Shown: positions 1-9,780 of the stretch, piece after piece
Position numbering within the stretch: position 1 is the first letter of the stretch
How the letters are laid out: each line of letters begins with the position of its first letter
Translations under genes and position numbers: made by a program
Notes under the pieces: generated by a model
Databases searched by the model: none
The model's input: only the letters and a program-made list of their open reading frames with translations
Told to the model about the DNA's origin: nothing
Sequence record: SRR20825006_597
DNA: 64,000 nt
Strand: one strand, 5' to 3'

Positions 1-635
1 CGTAACAGCTCAGCAAGCCCGAACGCCACAGCGCAACCGATAGCAGCACCCACACCGATGGTCTGGAAGAACAGCCAGAGCGTATGAAGTACCGCGCCAT
101 CCTGACCGCTCGCCACTACCAGTTCGTAGGCCAGTACCGCGAAAATCGCCCCCAGAGGGTCGATCACGATCCCTTCCCAGCGCAACAGTCGCGCCACGCT
201 GCTCACCGGTCGCACGCTGCGCAACAGGGGAACAATTACGGTAGGGCCGGTCACCACCACCAGGGCGCCGAACAGCAAAGCCAGGCCAAGCGGCAGCTTC
301 AGCACCCACCAGGCGGAAACTGTCACGATACTCCAGGTCACCAGGGCGCCCCAGGTGACCAGCCGGCGCACCGTTTTTTCCAGCCCACGAATTTCATCGA
401 AGCGCAGGGTCATCGCGCCTTCGAACAGGATAATGGATACCGCCAGTGAGACACCGGGAAGCAGCAAGTCGCCGAACAGCTCCTTGGGTTGCAGTACGTC
501 GAAAAAAGGGCCAAGGGCAAGGCCGGTAAGCAGCAACGGCAAAATGGCGGGGAGCTTGATTCTCCAGGATAGCCACTGGCAGGCGAACGCAACCACGGTG
601 ATGATGGCTAACTGGAAAGGGACGCTTAAATCCAT
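1..635 (-). CDS. Cation:proton antiporter, CPA1/NhaP family (5' part; runs off the window)
   Basis: Not in the ORF track; I translated it by hand from ATG 635: MDLSVPFQLAIITVVAFACQWLSWRIKLPAILPLLL...IILFEGAMTL...VVTGPTVIVPLL...LRWEGIVIDPLGA. The TGPTV and WEGIVIDP motifs are typical of NhaP-type antiporters. AGGA lies upstream as a possible RBS. Confidence 0.88.
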   Translation of the reverse strand, partial: MDLSVPFQLAIITVVAFACQWLSWRIKLPAILPLLLTGLALGPFFDVLQPKELFGDLLLPGVSLAVSIILFEGAMTLRFDEIRGLEKTVRRLVTWGALVTWSIVTVSAWWVLKLPLGLALLFGALVVVTGPTVIVPLLRSVRPVSSVARLLRWEGIVIDPLGAIFAVLAYELVVASGQDGAVLHTLWLFFQTIGVGAAIGCAVAFGLAELL

Positions 636-903
636 GAAGTTCCTAGGTGATGAAACGAAATCCACATCTGACGAGCACTTATCCATGGGCCGGCGAGACG
701 GGGCATTGACGATGCCAACAGGGCAGGCGCATATCGTTGCCGGCCATGCTGCCACGAGGTAAGCCGCATTATGCATGATTGCCGGTGCCGGTAAACGTGT
801 ATTGCGGCACGGTGCATCGGGCCGGCTACCTGCTGAGCCGGGTAATAGTCACAGCCCACCCGCTGCGCCGCAACTCGTTTTTTATGCTTTTTGTTCAAAG
901 AAA

Positions 904-918
904 ATGAATCGGATTCAT
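904..918. promoter_or_regulatory. Perfect palindrome ATGAATC-G-GATTCAT, putative operator (T-N11-A, LysR-like)
   Basis: Lies in the AT-rich part of the divergent antiporter/MFS intergenic region. Confidence 0.4.
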
Positions 919-1094
919 AAAACAACTGAAAGGGCGCAGCCATTGCGGTACCATTCCGGGCGATTGTGCTCTTGGGGGAGGAACTCCAGGCATCGTGGTG
1001 CTGCTCTGGCGCCCCATCTACCCTGTGCATCATTCCCAATCCGGTCCCGCGAGGTGAGACAACCTGCACTCGCGGACCAGCACCAGGATCTTCC

Positions 1095-2276
1095 ATGCAA
1101 AATCTGTCTCCCGGCCGCTTGGCATTGATGCTCGCCACGCTGGTGGCATTGGGGCCGCTGGCCATCGATACCTACCTTCCCGCCTTGTTGGCCATGTCCG
1201 GCCATTTCTCCGTTGAAATCCATGCGGTTGAAGTGTCGGTGAGTGTCTATGTGTTGGGGGTGGCGGCAGGGCAGTGGCTGGGCGGACCGCTGTCTGATCA
1301 GTTCGGACGCAAGCCGGTTGCCTATGTGGGCTTGACCCTGTTTATCCTCGGCTGTCTGAGCATCCCGCTGTCTTCGACTATCGACATGCTTTACATGCTG
1401 CGGTTTTTGCAGGCCCTGGGCGGGGGCGCCACGGTGGTAATCGCGGCGGCCTCGGTACGAGACCATTTTACCGGCAAGGAAGCGGCCAGGGTGATGACCA
1501 CCATTGGCCTGGTGATGCTGGTGGCGCCCCTGGTAGCGCCGGCAGTCGGTGCACTGCTACTGAAGCTGTTTGGCTGGCAAAGCATTTTCTACATGCTGGC
1601 GATGTACGGGTTCATGCTGTTCGGTATTGTGCGTTTTCTGCTGCCCACCGTGGCGGTGAAACCGAGTACCGAACCGCTGCGCCAACGCATGTTTCTGGCC
1701 TATGGCCGGGTGCTGCGAAACCGTCAGGCCATGGGGTTTATTCTGGCCAACGCCCTCGCATTTGCCGCCATGTTCACCTTTATTACCGATGCGGCGTTTC
1801 TCTACATGGAATACTTCGGTATCAGCCCGGAACAATTTCCACTGTATTTCGGCGCCAACGTGGTGACCATGCTGGGCATGAACCGCTTGAACGTCTTGCT
1901 GCTGCGCCGGTATTCCAGTGCCGCGATCATGCAGGTGGCGCTGACGCTGCAGGTGATGGCCTGCGCGGCCATGCTGGCACTGACCCTCGCCGGGATGCTG
2001 ACCCTGTGGCTGGTAGTGCCGCTGATCATGATCGCAGCAGGCATGGTGGCGCTGATCATGCCCAATGGCATCGCCAGCTTTCTCAACCTGTTTGATCGGG
2101 ACAGCGGTGCCGCCACCGGCCTGAACGGGGCGTTGCAGTTCCTGCTGGCCGGGCTGATCGGGACCGTGTTGGGCATGCTCCACGACGGCAGCACGCTGCC
2201 CATGACCGGGTTGATGGCCGCCAGCAGTGTGGCGGCCTGGGTGGCGTTTTCTCTATTGGCTCGCCGACAGGCCTGA
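1095..2276 (+). CDS. Bcr/CflA family MFS drug-efflux transporter
   Basis: Contains LAIDTYLPAL, the MFS motif A GPLSDQFGRKP and RFLQALGGG, with about 12 hydrophobic segments. The start was set at ATG 1095 after AGGA. Confidence 0.92.
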   Translation: MQNLSPGRLALMLATLVALGPLAIDTYLPALLAMSGHFSVEIHAVEVSVSVYVLGVAAGQWLGGPLSDQFGRKPVAYVGLTLFILGCLSIPLSSTIDMLYMLRFLQALGGGATVVIAAASVRDHFTGKEAARVMTTIGLVMLVAPLVAPAVGALLLKLFGWQSIFYMLAMYGFMLFGIVRFLLPTVAVKPSTEPLRQRMFLAYGRVLRNRQAMGFILANALAFAAMFTFITDAAFLYMEYFGISPEQFPLYFGANVVTMLGMNRLNVLLLRRYSSAAIMQVALTLQVMACAAMLALTLAGMLTLWLVVPLIMIAAGMVALIMPNGIASFLNLFDRDSGAATGLNGALQFLLAGLIGTVLGMLHDGSTLPMTGLMAASSVAAWVAFSLLARRQA

Positions 2277-4664
2277 GCCTTTTGGCATCAACGGTGGCGC
2301 CAACAGGGCGGCCACCGTGACCAGTCCGGCCACGGCCCACGGCAGTAACAGCCAGCCGCTCAATGGCAACTGACTGTCGAACAGGCGTGCCCCGAGCGGG
2401 ATCAGCGCTGCCAGATGGATCAGGTTGGCCAGCAGTGCGGCCCCGCCGAACAGGTAGAACGCCTGCAATGCCGCGGTTTTGCGCAGTAAGGCACGGCGCC
2501 CGCCGATAACGATCAGCAAGCGGTTGTCCCGGCGCAGGGCGTCGGTCATGGCCAGCAGAGCGGCCATCAGCACCAGCAGGGCCGCCAGCAATAACAGGAC
2601 GCCGACCACAAAGGCCGCACGGCTCGCCTGGGCGATAATGTCCTGCAGTGTGGCCAGGATGGCGTTCACGTCCAGCAGGCTGATTTGCGGAAATTGCTGC
2701 ACCAGTTCGCCCAGCTCGCCCTGTTGATCTTCAGGAAGGAAAAAGCTGGTGATCCAGGTCCGACCCTGGCTCTTCAGGGTGTCGGGGGAGAAGATAAAAT
2801 AAAAATTGGGAGCAAAGCTCTCCCAGTCCACCTCTCGCAATCCCACCACGGTGGCACTGATTGCCGGGCCAGCACCGGTGAAGGTAAGCGAGTCCCCAAG
2901 CTTGAGTCCCAGCGAGTCCGCCAGTTTGCTTTCCACGGTGACTTCCTGAGGGCCGCTGGCCCAGCGACCCTCGGTGAGGACGTTGCTGTCCGGCAGGGCA
3001 TCCGCTTCAGTAAGAGACAGGTCCCGGTTCAGGGCACGCTCCGCTCGGTCTTCTTCCTTGGTAACGGCGCTGCGCACGGGTTCGTCGTTAATGGCGGTGA
3101 GCCGGGCCCGGACCACCGGATAGAGCGGTTGCGACTCGCTGTTGTGTGCGCCAAGCCAGTCATTGAAAGCGTCCAGATCCTGATCAAAAAGATTGATCAC
3201 AAAATAGTTGGGCGCCTGTTCCGGGAGTGTTGCCCGCCAGTCGCCCAGCAACTCCCGACCGGTTTGCACCGACAGGGAAAGCACCGTCAGGGAAATGATC
3301 AGCGCCGCCAACAGGGGCAAGGTGGTTGCCTTGCGGCGACTCAGGCGGCGCAGGGCCAGCCGGGCAGGCAGGCTCAGGCGCGCACTGAAACGATCCAGCA
3401 GCTGCACCAGCGGCCACAGAATCATCGGCAGCCCCAGGGAGACCGCCAGGGTGAGCAGCAATAATGGCCACAGCGCGGCCAGTGAGCCGGTCATGATGGC
3501 GGCCAGCGGAACAGGGGTCACAATGGCGATGAGCAAAACCCGCCGCCCCAGCCGGGTCGGCGCTTCACGCCCACTGAGCAGTGCGGTGGCGGGCAGCGAC
3601 AGGCTGACCCACAGCGTCGGCGCGGCAAAGCCCAGCCAGAGCAGAATCGGCCCCACAAGCCCCCAGATAATCGGCGCCAGGAAGAGCTGTTCCGCACCGA
3701 GCAACGCGGAGAGTTGCCAGCCCACCAACACCGCAAGCGCGACACCGGCAACAATCGGTAACACCAGCGCAAGCACATCACCACCCAGCAGTCGCCTGAC
3801 GATTTGTTGCTGCCGGGCGCCCACGGTTTTCATCACGGCACATAATGTTTGCTGTTGCCGTGCACGATGGCTTGCGGTGAGGTAAATGGCGGCGGCGCAC
3901 AGTAGCACGACCAGCATGACCGCCAATTGCGACCACAGGAACATTTGCTCCACCGGGCCACGGCTACGCAAGTCGGTGGTGGCGACGGTTTCGATGGACT
4001 GGTCCGGACGCAGGGTGGCGCCAAGCAGTTCATCCAGTTTGCTGCGCTGCTCTGCATTCGCGGCGACCATAAGGTGGTGCCGATAGCGGCTCCCCGGGCC
4101 GAGGACGCCGGTGCTCTCCAGGTCTGAGAGATGGATAAGGGCTCGGGGATTCATGCTGTAGAAGCCTGCCTGCTGGTCCGGCTCCTGAACCAGTACCTTG
4201 TCGATCAGCAAGCTGCGCTCCCCGAGCGTGATGAACTCGCCGGTTTTCAGGCCCAGCCGATCCAGCGCCTGACCGGCCAGCCAGACCGTTCCCGATGCGG
4301 GGCCATGGTCCACGGTGTAAGGGTTGCTGAAACGCGAGTCGCTCACCGATAGCTCACCATAAAGCGGGTAGCCGCCGGACAGCGCACGAATGCTGGCGAG
4401 CAAAAACTGGTCTTCATTGATCAGCACGCTGGCAAAGCTGACTGCCTCGGCATGGTGTAAATCGGCAACGGCCTGTTGTTGAGCGGCTTCCGGGAAGCGG
4501 GTGCCTTCCAGAATCCAGTCCGCCCCCAGTGCCACGGCGGTGCGTTGATTAAATCGCTGGTCCACGCTGTCACGCAGAATCAGCATGGCCGTCATGGCAA
4601 AGGCAGCCACCAGCAAGGCCAGGGCCTGAACCCGAAACGCGGGCGATCGCCAGGGTTTAAACAC
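2253..4664 (-). CDS. ybbP: ABC transporter permease, YbbP/FtsX-like
   Basis: 803 aa with two periplasmic domains and TM clusters. Motifs YPLYG, APNYFVINL and VDWESFAPNFYFIF. Sits in the ybbA-tesA context. Confidence 0.85.
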   Translation of the reverse strand: MFKPWRSPAFRVQALALLVAAFAMTAMLILRDSVDQRFNQRTAVALGADWILEGTRFPEAAQQQAVADLHHAEAVSFASVLINEDQFLLASIRALSGGYPLYGELSVSDSRFSNPYTVDHGPASGTVWLAGQALDRLGLKTGEFITLGERSLLIDKVLVQEPDQQAGFYSMNPRALIHLSDLESTGVLGPGSRYRHHLMVAANAEQRSKLDELLGATLRPDQSIETVATTDLRSRGPVEQMFLWSQLAVMLVVLLCAAAIYLTASHRARQQQTLCAVMKTVGARQQQIVRRLLGGDVLALVLPIVAGVALAVLVGWQLSALLGAEQLFLAPIIWGLVGPILLWLGFAAPTLWVSLSLPATALLSGREAPTRLGRRVLLIAIVTPVPLAAIMTGSLAALWPLLLLTLAVSLGLPMILWPLVQLLDRFSARLSLPARLALRRLSRRKATTLPLLAALIISLTVLSLSVQTGRELLGDWRATLPEQAPNYFVINLFDQDLDAFNDWLGAHNSESQPLYPVVRARLTAINDEPVRSAVTKEEDRAERALNRDLSLTEADALPDSNVLTEGRWASGPQEVTVESKLADSLGLKLGDSLTFTGAGPAISATVVGLREVDWESFAPNFYFIFSPDTLKSQGRTWITSFFLPEDQQGELGELVQQFPQISLLDVNAILATLQDIIAQASRAAFVVGVLLLLAALLVLMAALLAMTDALRRDNRLLIVIGGRRALLRKTAALQAFYLFGGAALLANLIHLAALIPLGARLFDSQLPLSGWLLLPWAVAGLVTVAALLAPPLMPKGSGLSASQ

Positions 4665-5334
4665 TGAGACGGCCCTCCGTCAGGGAAACGGAGCGCTGGC
4701 AGCGACCGGCCAGTTGAGGGTCATGGGTGACCAGCACCAGCGCGGTTTTTTGCTCCGCGTTCAGCGAGAACAGCAGATCGGCTACGTGTTCACCGTTAGC
4801 GAAATCCAGGCTGCCGGTGGGTTCATCGGCAAACAGCAGGGCGGGTGACACCACAAAGGCTCGCGCAAGGGCAACGCGCTGCTGCTCGCCGCCGGAAAGC
4901 TGTGCCGGGAAGTGGTGCTGTCGGCGCCCCAGGCCCACCTGTTCCAGCCAGTGCATGGCCTGCTCCCGGCGCTTCTCCCGGTTGAGAATTTCCAGCGGCA
5001 GCATGACATTTTCCAAGGCGGTGAGATCGTTGATCAGCTGGAAGTGCTGAAACACAAAGCCGCACTGTTCGCCGCGCAACCGCGCCCGTTCATCTTCATT
5101 GGCCTGGCTGAACGAAGCCCCATTCAGCTTCACGTCGCCGGCGGTGGGCACATCAAGACCGGCCAGCAGCGACAACAAGGTGGATTTGCCGGAACCGGAG
5201 GGGCCGGTAATGGCCAGGCTGTCACCGGCATTCACTTCAAGCGTGATATCCTGCAGCAAATCGAGCCCACCCTCCGGGCCTTGAACGCGCTTACTGACAT
5301 TGTGGGCAAGCAAAACGGGAGACGCTGTATTCAT
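4657..5334 (-). CDS. ybbA: ABC transporter ATP-binding protein
   Basis: Walker A GPSGSGKS, signature LSGGEQQR, Walker B LFADEPT and H-loop VTHD. Confidence 0.88.
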   Translation of the reverse strand: MNTASPVLLAHNVSKRVQGPEGGLDLLQDITLEVNAGDSLAITGPSGSGKSTLLSLLAGLDVPTAGDVKLNGASFSQANEDERARLRGEQCGFVFQHFQLINDLTALENVMLPLEILNREKRREQAMHWLEQVGLGRRQHHFPAQLSGGEQQRVALARAFVVSPALLFADEPTGSLDFANGEHVADLLFSLNAEQKTALVLVTHDPQLAGRCQRSVSLTEGRLSV

Positions 5335-5959
5335 GGCAAGATATCTTCTACTGGTTCAATTGTTGTGCCTGACGGTATCGGTTCACGCCAGCGGTGTGCT
5401 GATACTGGGCGATAGTATCAGTGCTGCCTATGGCATTGAAAAGTCAGCCGGCTGGGTTGCACTTATGGACCAGCAGTTGCAAGAAAGGTGCCCGGGTTAT
5501 CCCGTCATCAATGCATCGGTTAGCGGTGAAACCACCGCTGGCGGCAAATCACGTTTGCCGGCGCTGTTGTCACGTCATCAGCCGGAGTTGGTGGTCATCG
5601 AGCTGGGTGGCAACGATGGTTTGCGCGGCCTGTCGCCCATGGCCATGGCGAGCAACCTGGAACAAATGATCATGCTGTCACGGGAAGCGGGGGCCACCGC
5701 AGTGCTGTTGGGCATGCGCATTCCGCCCAATTACGGTCAGCAATACACGGTCTTGTTTGAGCAACAATTTCGTGACGTTGCGCAATCCACATCCGTCTCC
5801 TGGGTGCCTTTTTTTCTTGATGGCGTGATTGAGCAAGGCTGGGTGCAGGGTGACGGGATTCACCCCACCATTGATGCCCAGCCGCTGTTACTGGATACCG
5901 CCTTGTCAGTGATAGAGCCGCAACTGCCGGAGCGCTGTGAGGCCAAGGGCGGTCAGTAA
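5333..5959 (+). CDS. tesA: Arylesterase / thioesterase I (SGNH hydrolase)
   Basis: Signal peptide, GDSIS, NASVSGETT, ELGGNDGLRG and DGIHP. Confidence 0.9.
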   Translation: MARYLLLVQLLCLTVSVHASGVLILGDSISAAYGIEKSAGWVALMDQQLQERCPGYPVINASVSGETTAGGKSRLPALLSRHQPELVVIELGGNDGLRGLSPMAMASNLEQMIMLSREAGATAVLLGMRIPPNYGQQYTVLFEQQFRDVAQSTSVSWVPFFLDGVIEQGWVQGDGIHPTIDAQPLLLDTALSVIEPQLPERCEAKGGQ

Positions 5960-5979
5960 ATAAAACCGAGTGAGAGTCG

Positions 5980-6594
5980 ATGTTTGATTTAGGCCCATCG
6001 TGGCAGGAAATACTGGATTACTGGTTTAAGGATGGCATGGCGCTGGGCTGGCCATCGGGCAATATGGCCAAACGGTGGTTTGCAGCTACGGCTGGAGACG
6101 ACGCGGACATCGAGCATCGCTTTGGCGTGCTGGTGGATGCGGCACTGCAACAGGAGCTGGTGGACTGGGAGAGAAACCCCCAGGGGCGACTGGCGTTGAT
6201 TCTGTTGCTGGACCAGTTCACTCGCAACATCTACCGCGGCCAGGCCAAGGCTTTCCGTGGCGATCACCGAGCGGCTACGCTCGCCATCGAAGGGGTGTCA
6301 CGGCAGATGCACAGCAAGCTGCCGCTATGCGGGCAGGTTTTCTTTGTGATGCCGTTAATGCATGCCGAAGACGAGGATTTGCAGCAGCAATGTCTGTCTG
6401 CACTGGAAGTGATCAAAGCCGAGGCTCCGGACGCATTAGCCGGCCATGTGGACAGTTCGCTGAAATCGGCGCGGGAGCATCAGCAGATCATTCAGCAATT
6501 TGGCCGCTTCCCTCATCGCAATCGCGCACTGGGTCGGGACAGCACCGCGCAAGAGCTTCGTTTCCTGGAAAACAGTTCCGGGTTCGGGCAGTAA
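5980..6594 (+). CDS. DUF924 family protein
   Basis: Motifs LLDQFTRNIYRG, PLMHAED and FGRFPHRN. Confidence 0.88.
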   Translation: MFDLGPSWQEILDYWFKDGMALGWPSGNMAKRWFAATAGDDADIEHRFGVLVDAALQQELVDWERNPQGRLALILLLDQFTRNIYRGQAKAFRGDHRAATLAIEGVSRQMHSKLPLCGQVFFVMPLMHAEDEDLQQQCLSALEVIKAEAPDALAGHVDSSLKSAREHQQIIQQFGRFPHRNRALGRDSTAQELRFLENSSGFGQ

Positions 6595-6622
6595 TGAAGC
6601 CAGTTTTGCGGTTGAGAAGGGG

Positions 6623-7096
6623 CTACGTGGGCTTTCGGCGAATGTAGAGCGTCTTGTTGACCACCGCAACGCGGTTGCCATCAGCATCCACGATTTCGAC
6701 TGGCCAGCACGGCAGGTATTTTTCACCCCCATCGGTGTTCGCACGGATATCGTCGATCATGGCATCGGTGAGCTGAAAATGGGCGAAGACCCGGCCTTTG
6801 CCGGGTCGGACAAACTCGATATCCGCCGCCTTGTCCCACACCACGTAGTCGCGACCAAGCACGGTCATCACCATCAGCATGTAGAACGGGTCCACCATGG
6901 AGTAGAGGCTGCCACCGAAATGGGTGCCTACATAGTTTCGGTTGTACCAATGCAGTCCCATGGAGACATTCAGTTCGCGGAAGTCTGCTGCCAGATAGTC
7001 CACCCGAACACCGGCGCCCAGATAGGGCCCGTACAGGTTCAGAAACCATTGCAGACCTTTCGGCGAGCGCGTAAAGCGCGAGAGCATATTACGCAT
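6623..7096 (-). CDS. DUF4442/YiiD-like hot-dog thioesterase
   Basis: Motifs NYVGTHFGGSLYSMVDP and VVWDKAADIEF. Confidence 0.82.
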   Translation of the reverse strand: MRNMLSRFTRSPKGLQWFLNLYGPYLGAGVRVDYLAADFRELNVSMGLHWYNRNYVGTHFGGSLYSMVDPFYMLMVMTVLGRDYVVWDKAADIEFVRPGKGRVFAHFQLTDAMIDDIRANTDGGEKYLPCWPVEIVDADGNRVAVVNKTLYIRRKPT

Positions 7097-9689
7097 TGCC
7101 GGGCTCTAGAACCGCGATGGCGCTGTCCAGTCGCGCCTTGACCGCGGCGGACACGGGGGCTGGGTGCTGTTTGAGAAGCCGCTGCATTTCTTCACGGGCA
7201 TCAAACTGCTGCTGCTTCATGGCGCTGGGGAGTTGCTCCAGCTGCCATTGCAAGCGGCGCTGGCGCTCCGGTTCCGGGCTGGGCACGCCGGCGAGGGCTT
7301 CAAAGGCCACAGCCAGGGTCAGGGCGGTATCAGCAGTTGTGTCACTGTCTGACTCGTCAGACGATCCGGTACTTTCCGGCAGGGCAGCAACGGCGTCACG
7401 CAGCTGCTGCCACTGCTGCCAACGGCCAAGTTGTTGGAGCCGCTCGCTGGCGCGCCGCTTCAGCTGCTGCGCTTTGCGAACCAGCGGCTGGGGCTGATTG
7501 CCATCCAGGTGTTCGTCCACGCTAGCGGCTGCATTGCGCAGGTTGTTAGCCGTGTCATCGCTGAATGGCTGCGCCAGAGACTCCTCCAGTGCTTCAATGT
7601 GTGCTGTTAGCCGTTGGCTGGCCTCCGCCTGCTGCTCGCGCCGGGCAGCGATATCCCGATTGCGGGCATCGAACAGCGCATCCATGGTTTTGCGGAACGG
7701 TTTCTGAAGCGCACGGTGCTGACTCGGTGGCAGCCAGGCGGATTGCCTCCAGCGTTTCTGGATCGCCTGCGCTTCACGCGTGGCTTGCTGGGCATCGTCC
7801 AGTTCTGTTAGGGCGCGGGCCTGGTCCAGCAATTGCTGGCGCTCGCTTTCGGCTTTTTCAATATAGGTATTCAATTGTTCGTCGAGCCGGGTGAGCAGGG
7901 ATGAAAACTGTTTCTGCACATCCCGCCCATCGGTGAACCGGATCGGCTGCAGGGCTTTCCAGTCTTTCGGGGCCTGTTGACGAATCTGCCAGACACCGTG
8001 CCAGTCAGCCGTTTCCCAGTTTTGCGCGGCGATAAAGCCTTCCAGTTGCTGGCACAGCGCCCGGCGCTTTTCCAGGTTGCGGGCCTTGATTGCGTCCAGT
8101 TCGGCAAAGTGTGCATGGCAAGGCTCATAGGCCTGGTCGGAGGCCTCTTTGAAGCGTGCCCACAAAGCCTGATCCTCGCCCTGGTCCGAACTCATCAGGG
8201 CACGCCATTCGTCATGGAGAGCCTGGATGGCAGTGGCCAATTCCGGGGCGTCCATGCTGGTGTCCTTAAGCGCCTCCATGCTTTCGCACAACGCTACTTT
8301 TTTGGGCTCCGCGGCAAAACGGTGCCAGTCCTGCAGTTCAGCGCGGCGCGGCGCAAGTTTGGACAGTTCAGCGTCGAGGAGGGCGTCACCGTCGCTCTCG
8401 ATGATGGATTGGGCCTTGTGCCAAAGGCGATTGGCATGGCGAAGATTGCCTTGGCGAAGCTCCCGCTTCAGGGCAACCAGTAGCCCCCGATGGGGTTGGG
8501 CAGGTTGTGATGGCCGGGTTTCTTTTGTTGTGTTTGCATCAGCGGCTTCGGTCTTTTGGCTGCGTAGCGCCACTAACGCTGAGGGTGGCTGATATTCGTC
8601 TGGCCAACGCTCGGCCAGCTCGGCTAGCGCGTCCGGTGATTCTGCCGCATTGATATCGGCCGCCAGGGCCAGCAGCTGCTCAAACGCTGTTACCAGGTCG
8701 TTGAAAGCCAGTCGGTCTTCATCGAAGGCCTGCGATTGCTCATCGGCGCCGTCCCAGCGGCGGCGCTGGGTGGCCAGGGCGGAGCGCATTTCGCCCAGCT
8801 GATGATCCCAGGTTTCCGGTGTCGCCTGACTCAAGAGTTGATACAAACTGTGCGCGGCCGCTTCCCGCTCGGCTTTTGCGGTTTCTGCCAGAGCTTGTTG
8901 GCGAGTCTGTTCCTGCAATTCGGCGAGCTGATTACGGCACTGGTGAAGTGCTTGCTGCACACGGGAGGCCAGATCCGGTGTTGCCTGGCGTGTCAGTTGC
9001 TGCCACTGCTGCTCCAGCTGTTCCAGCTGCGGCCCGTACAGAGCATCCACGCGGCGGCGCGCGTGTTGTTCGAGGCGGTCCGCGAGATGATAGACCTTGG
9101 CGGTTTCCTGTTCATTCTGTTGCTGCTGTTGCTGTAGTGCTCGGGCCTGGTCACGTGCCAGGCGGGTGACGCGCTTGTCGCGGCCCTCCTTTCCCAGGCG
9201 CTTCAGCAGGGAAAGGGAGGCGATATTCTGTACCGAGGCGACACGCAGCGCTTCAGTGGGGGCATCCAGTGCCAGCTGATAAAGCACGCCCTCATCCTTG
9301 AGACGCTCAATGGCGGCCATGCGGCTGTGCATATCCGGGCTGTGGCTGGCTACATGAGCAAGTACGTTTTCGTTACCCGTGAGTCGAATCAGGCGCAAGC
9401 GGGTGTCGCTATTGGGGGCGTCATCGGTGGTGCCGGCGAGGAGGGCCATGATGCGCATGGAGGCGGCTTCGCGAACGGAAGGCGCTTCATCACGCTGGTG
9501 TACTTCGTCCAGCGCAGCAAAATCCGTGAGGCGGCCAGTGGCAGCTGCGCGGACCAACGCGCTGGCATCCCCCCGCGCCAGCTGATTCAGCAGGGTCGCG
9601 TCCTCGCAGAGATCCAGTTGCTCAACGGCTTTGAGGCGAATATCGGGGTTGGCGTGTTGCCAGCGGGGTTTCAGAAATCGGCCAAACAT
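7089..9689 (-). CDS. DUF349 domain protein with N-terminal HEAT-like repeats
   Basis: Begins MFGRFLKPRWQH and has repeated LW.RF..A.D-type helical motifs (QALWARFKEASDQAY) in a long coiled/helical sequence. The start is inferred. Confidence 0.75.
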   Translation of the reverse strand: MFGRFLKPRWQHANPDIRLKAVEQLDLCEDATLLNQLARGDASALVRAAATGRLTDFAALDEVHQRDEAPSVREAASMRIMALLAGTTDDAPNSDTRLRLIRLTGNENVLAHVASHSPDMHSRMAAIERLKDEGVLYQLALDAPTEALRVASVQNIASLSLLKRLGKEGRDKRVTRLARDQARALQQQQQQNEQETAKVYHLADRLEQHARRRVDALYGPQLEQLEQQWQQLTRQATPDLASRVQQALHQCRNQLAELQEQTRQQALAETAKAEREAAAHSLYQLLSQATPETWDHQLGEMRSALATQRRRWDGADEQSQAFDEDRLAFNDLVTAFEQLLALAADINAAESPDALAELAERWPDEYQPPSALVALRSQKTEAADANTTKETRPSQPAQPHRGLLVALKRELRQGNLRHANRLWHKAQSIIESDGDALLDAELSKLAPRRAELQDWHRFAAEPKKVALCESMEALKDTSMDAPELATAIQALHDEWRALMSSDQGEDQALWARFKEASDQAYEPCHAHFAELDAIKARNLEKRRALCQQLEGFIAAQNWETADWHGVWQIRQQAPKDWKALQPIRFTDGRDVQKQFSSLLTRLDEQLNTYIEKAESERQQLLDQARALTELDDAQQATREAQAIQKRWRQSAWLPPSQHRALQKPFRKTMDALFDARNRDIAARREQQAEASQRLTAHIEALEESLAQPFSDDTANNLRNAAASVDEHLDGNQPQPLVRKAQQLKRRASERLQQLGRWQQWQQLRDAVAALPESTGSSDESDSDTTADTALTLAVAFEALAGVPSPEPERQRRLQWQLEQLPSAMKQQQFDAREEMQRLLKQHPAPVSAAVKARLDSAIAVLEPGNA

Positions 9690-9752
9690 AACAAGTCTCA
9701 AAAATGCGCAAATGCCCGACGCTTGAGGCACGACGCCATGATGATGCTTGTG

Positions 9753-9780
9753 TCAGGCGTCCGGCGTCAGGCGTCCGGCG
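9753..9780. repeat. Tandem heptamer repeat (TCAGGCG/TCCGGCG) x4
   Basis: Read directly: tcaggcg tccggcg tcaggcg tccggcg. Confidence 0.8.

Noticed and set aside
626..1165. 179-aa and 117-aa ORFs in the antiporter/MFS intergenic region
   Set aside because: No recognisable domain or RBS. They overlap real gene starts and promoter-like AT-rich DNA.
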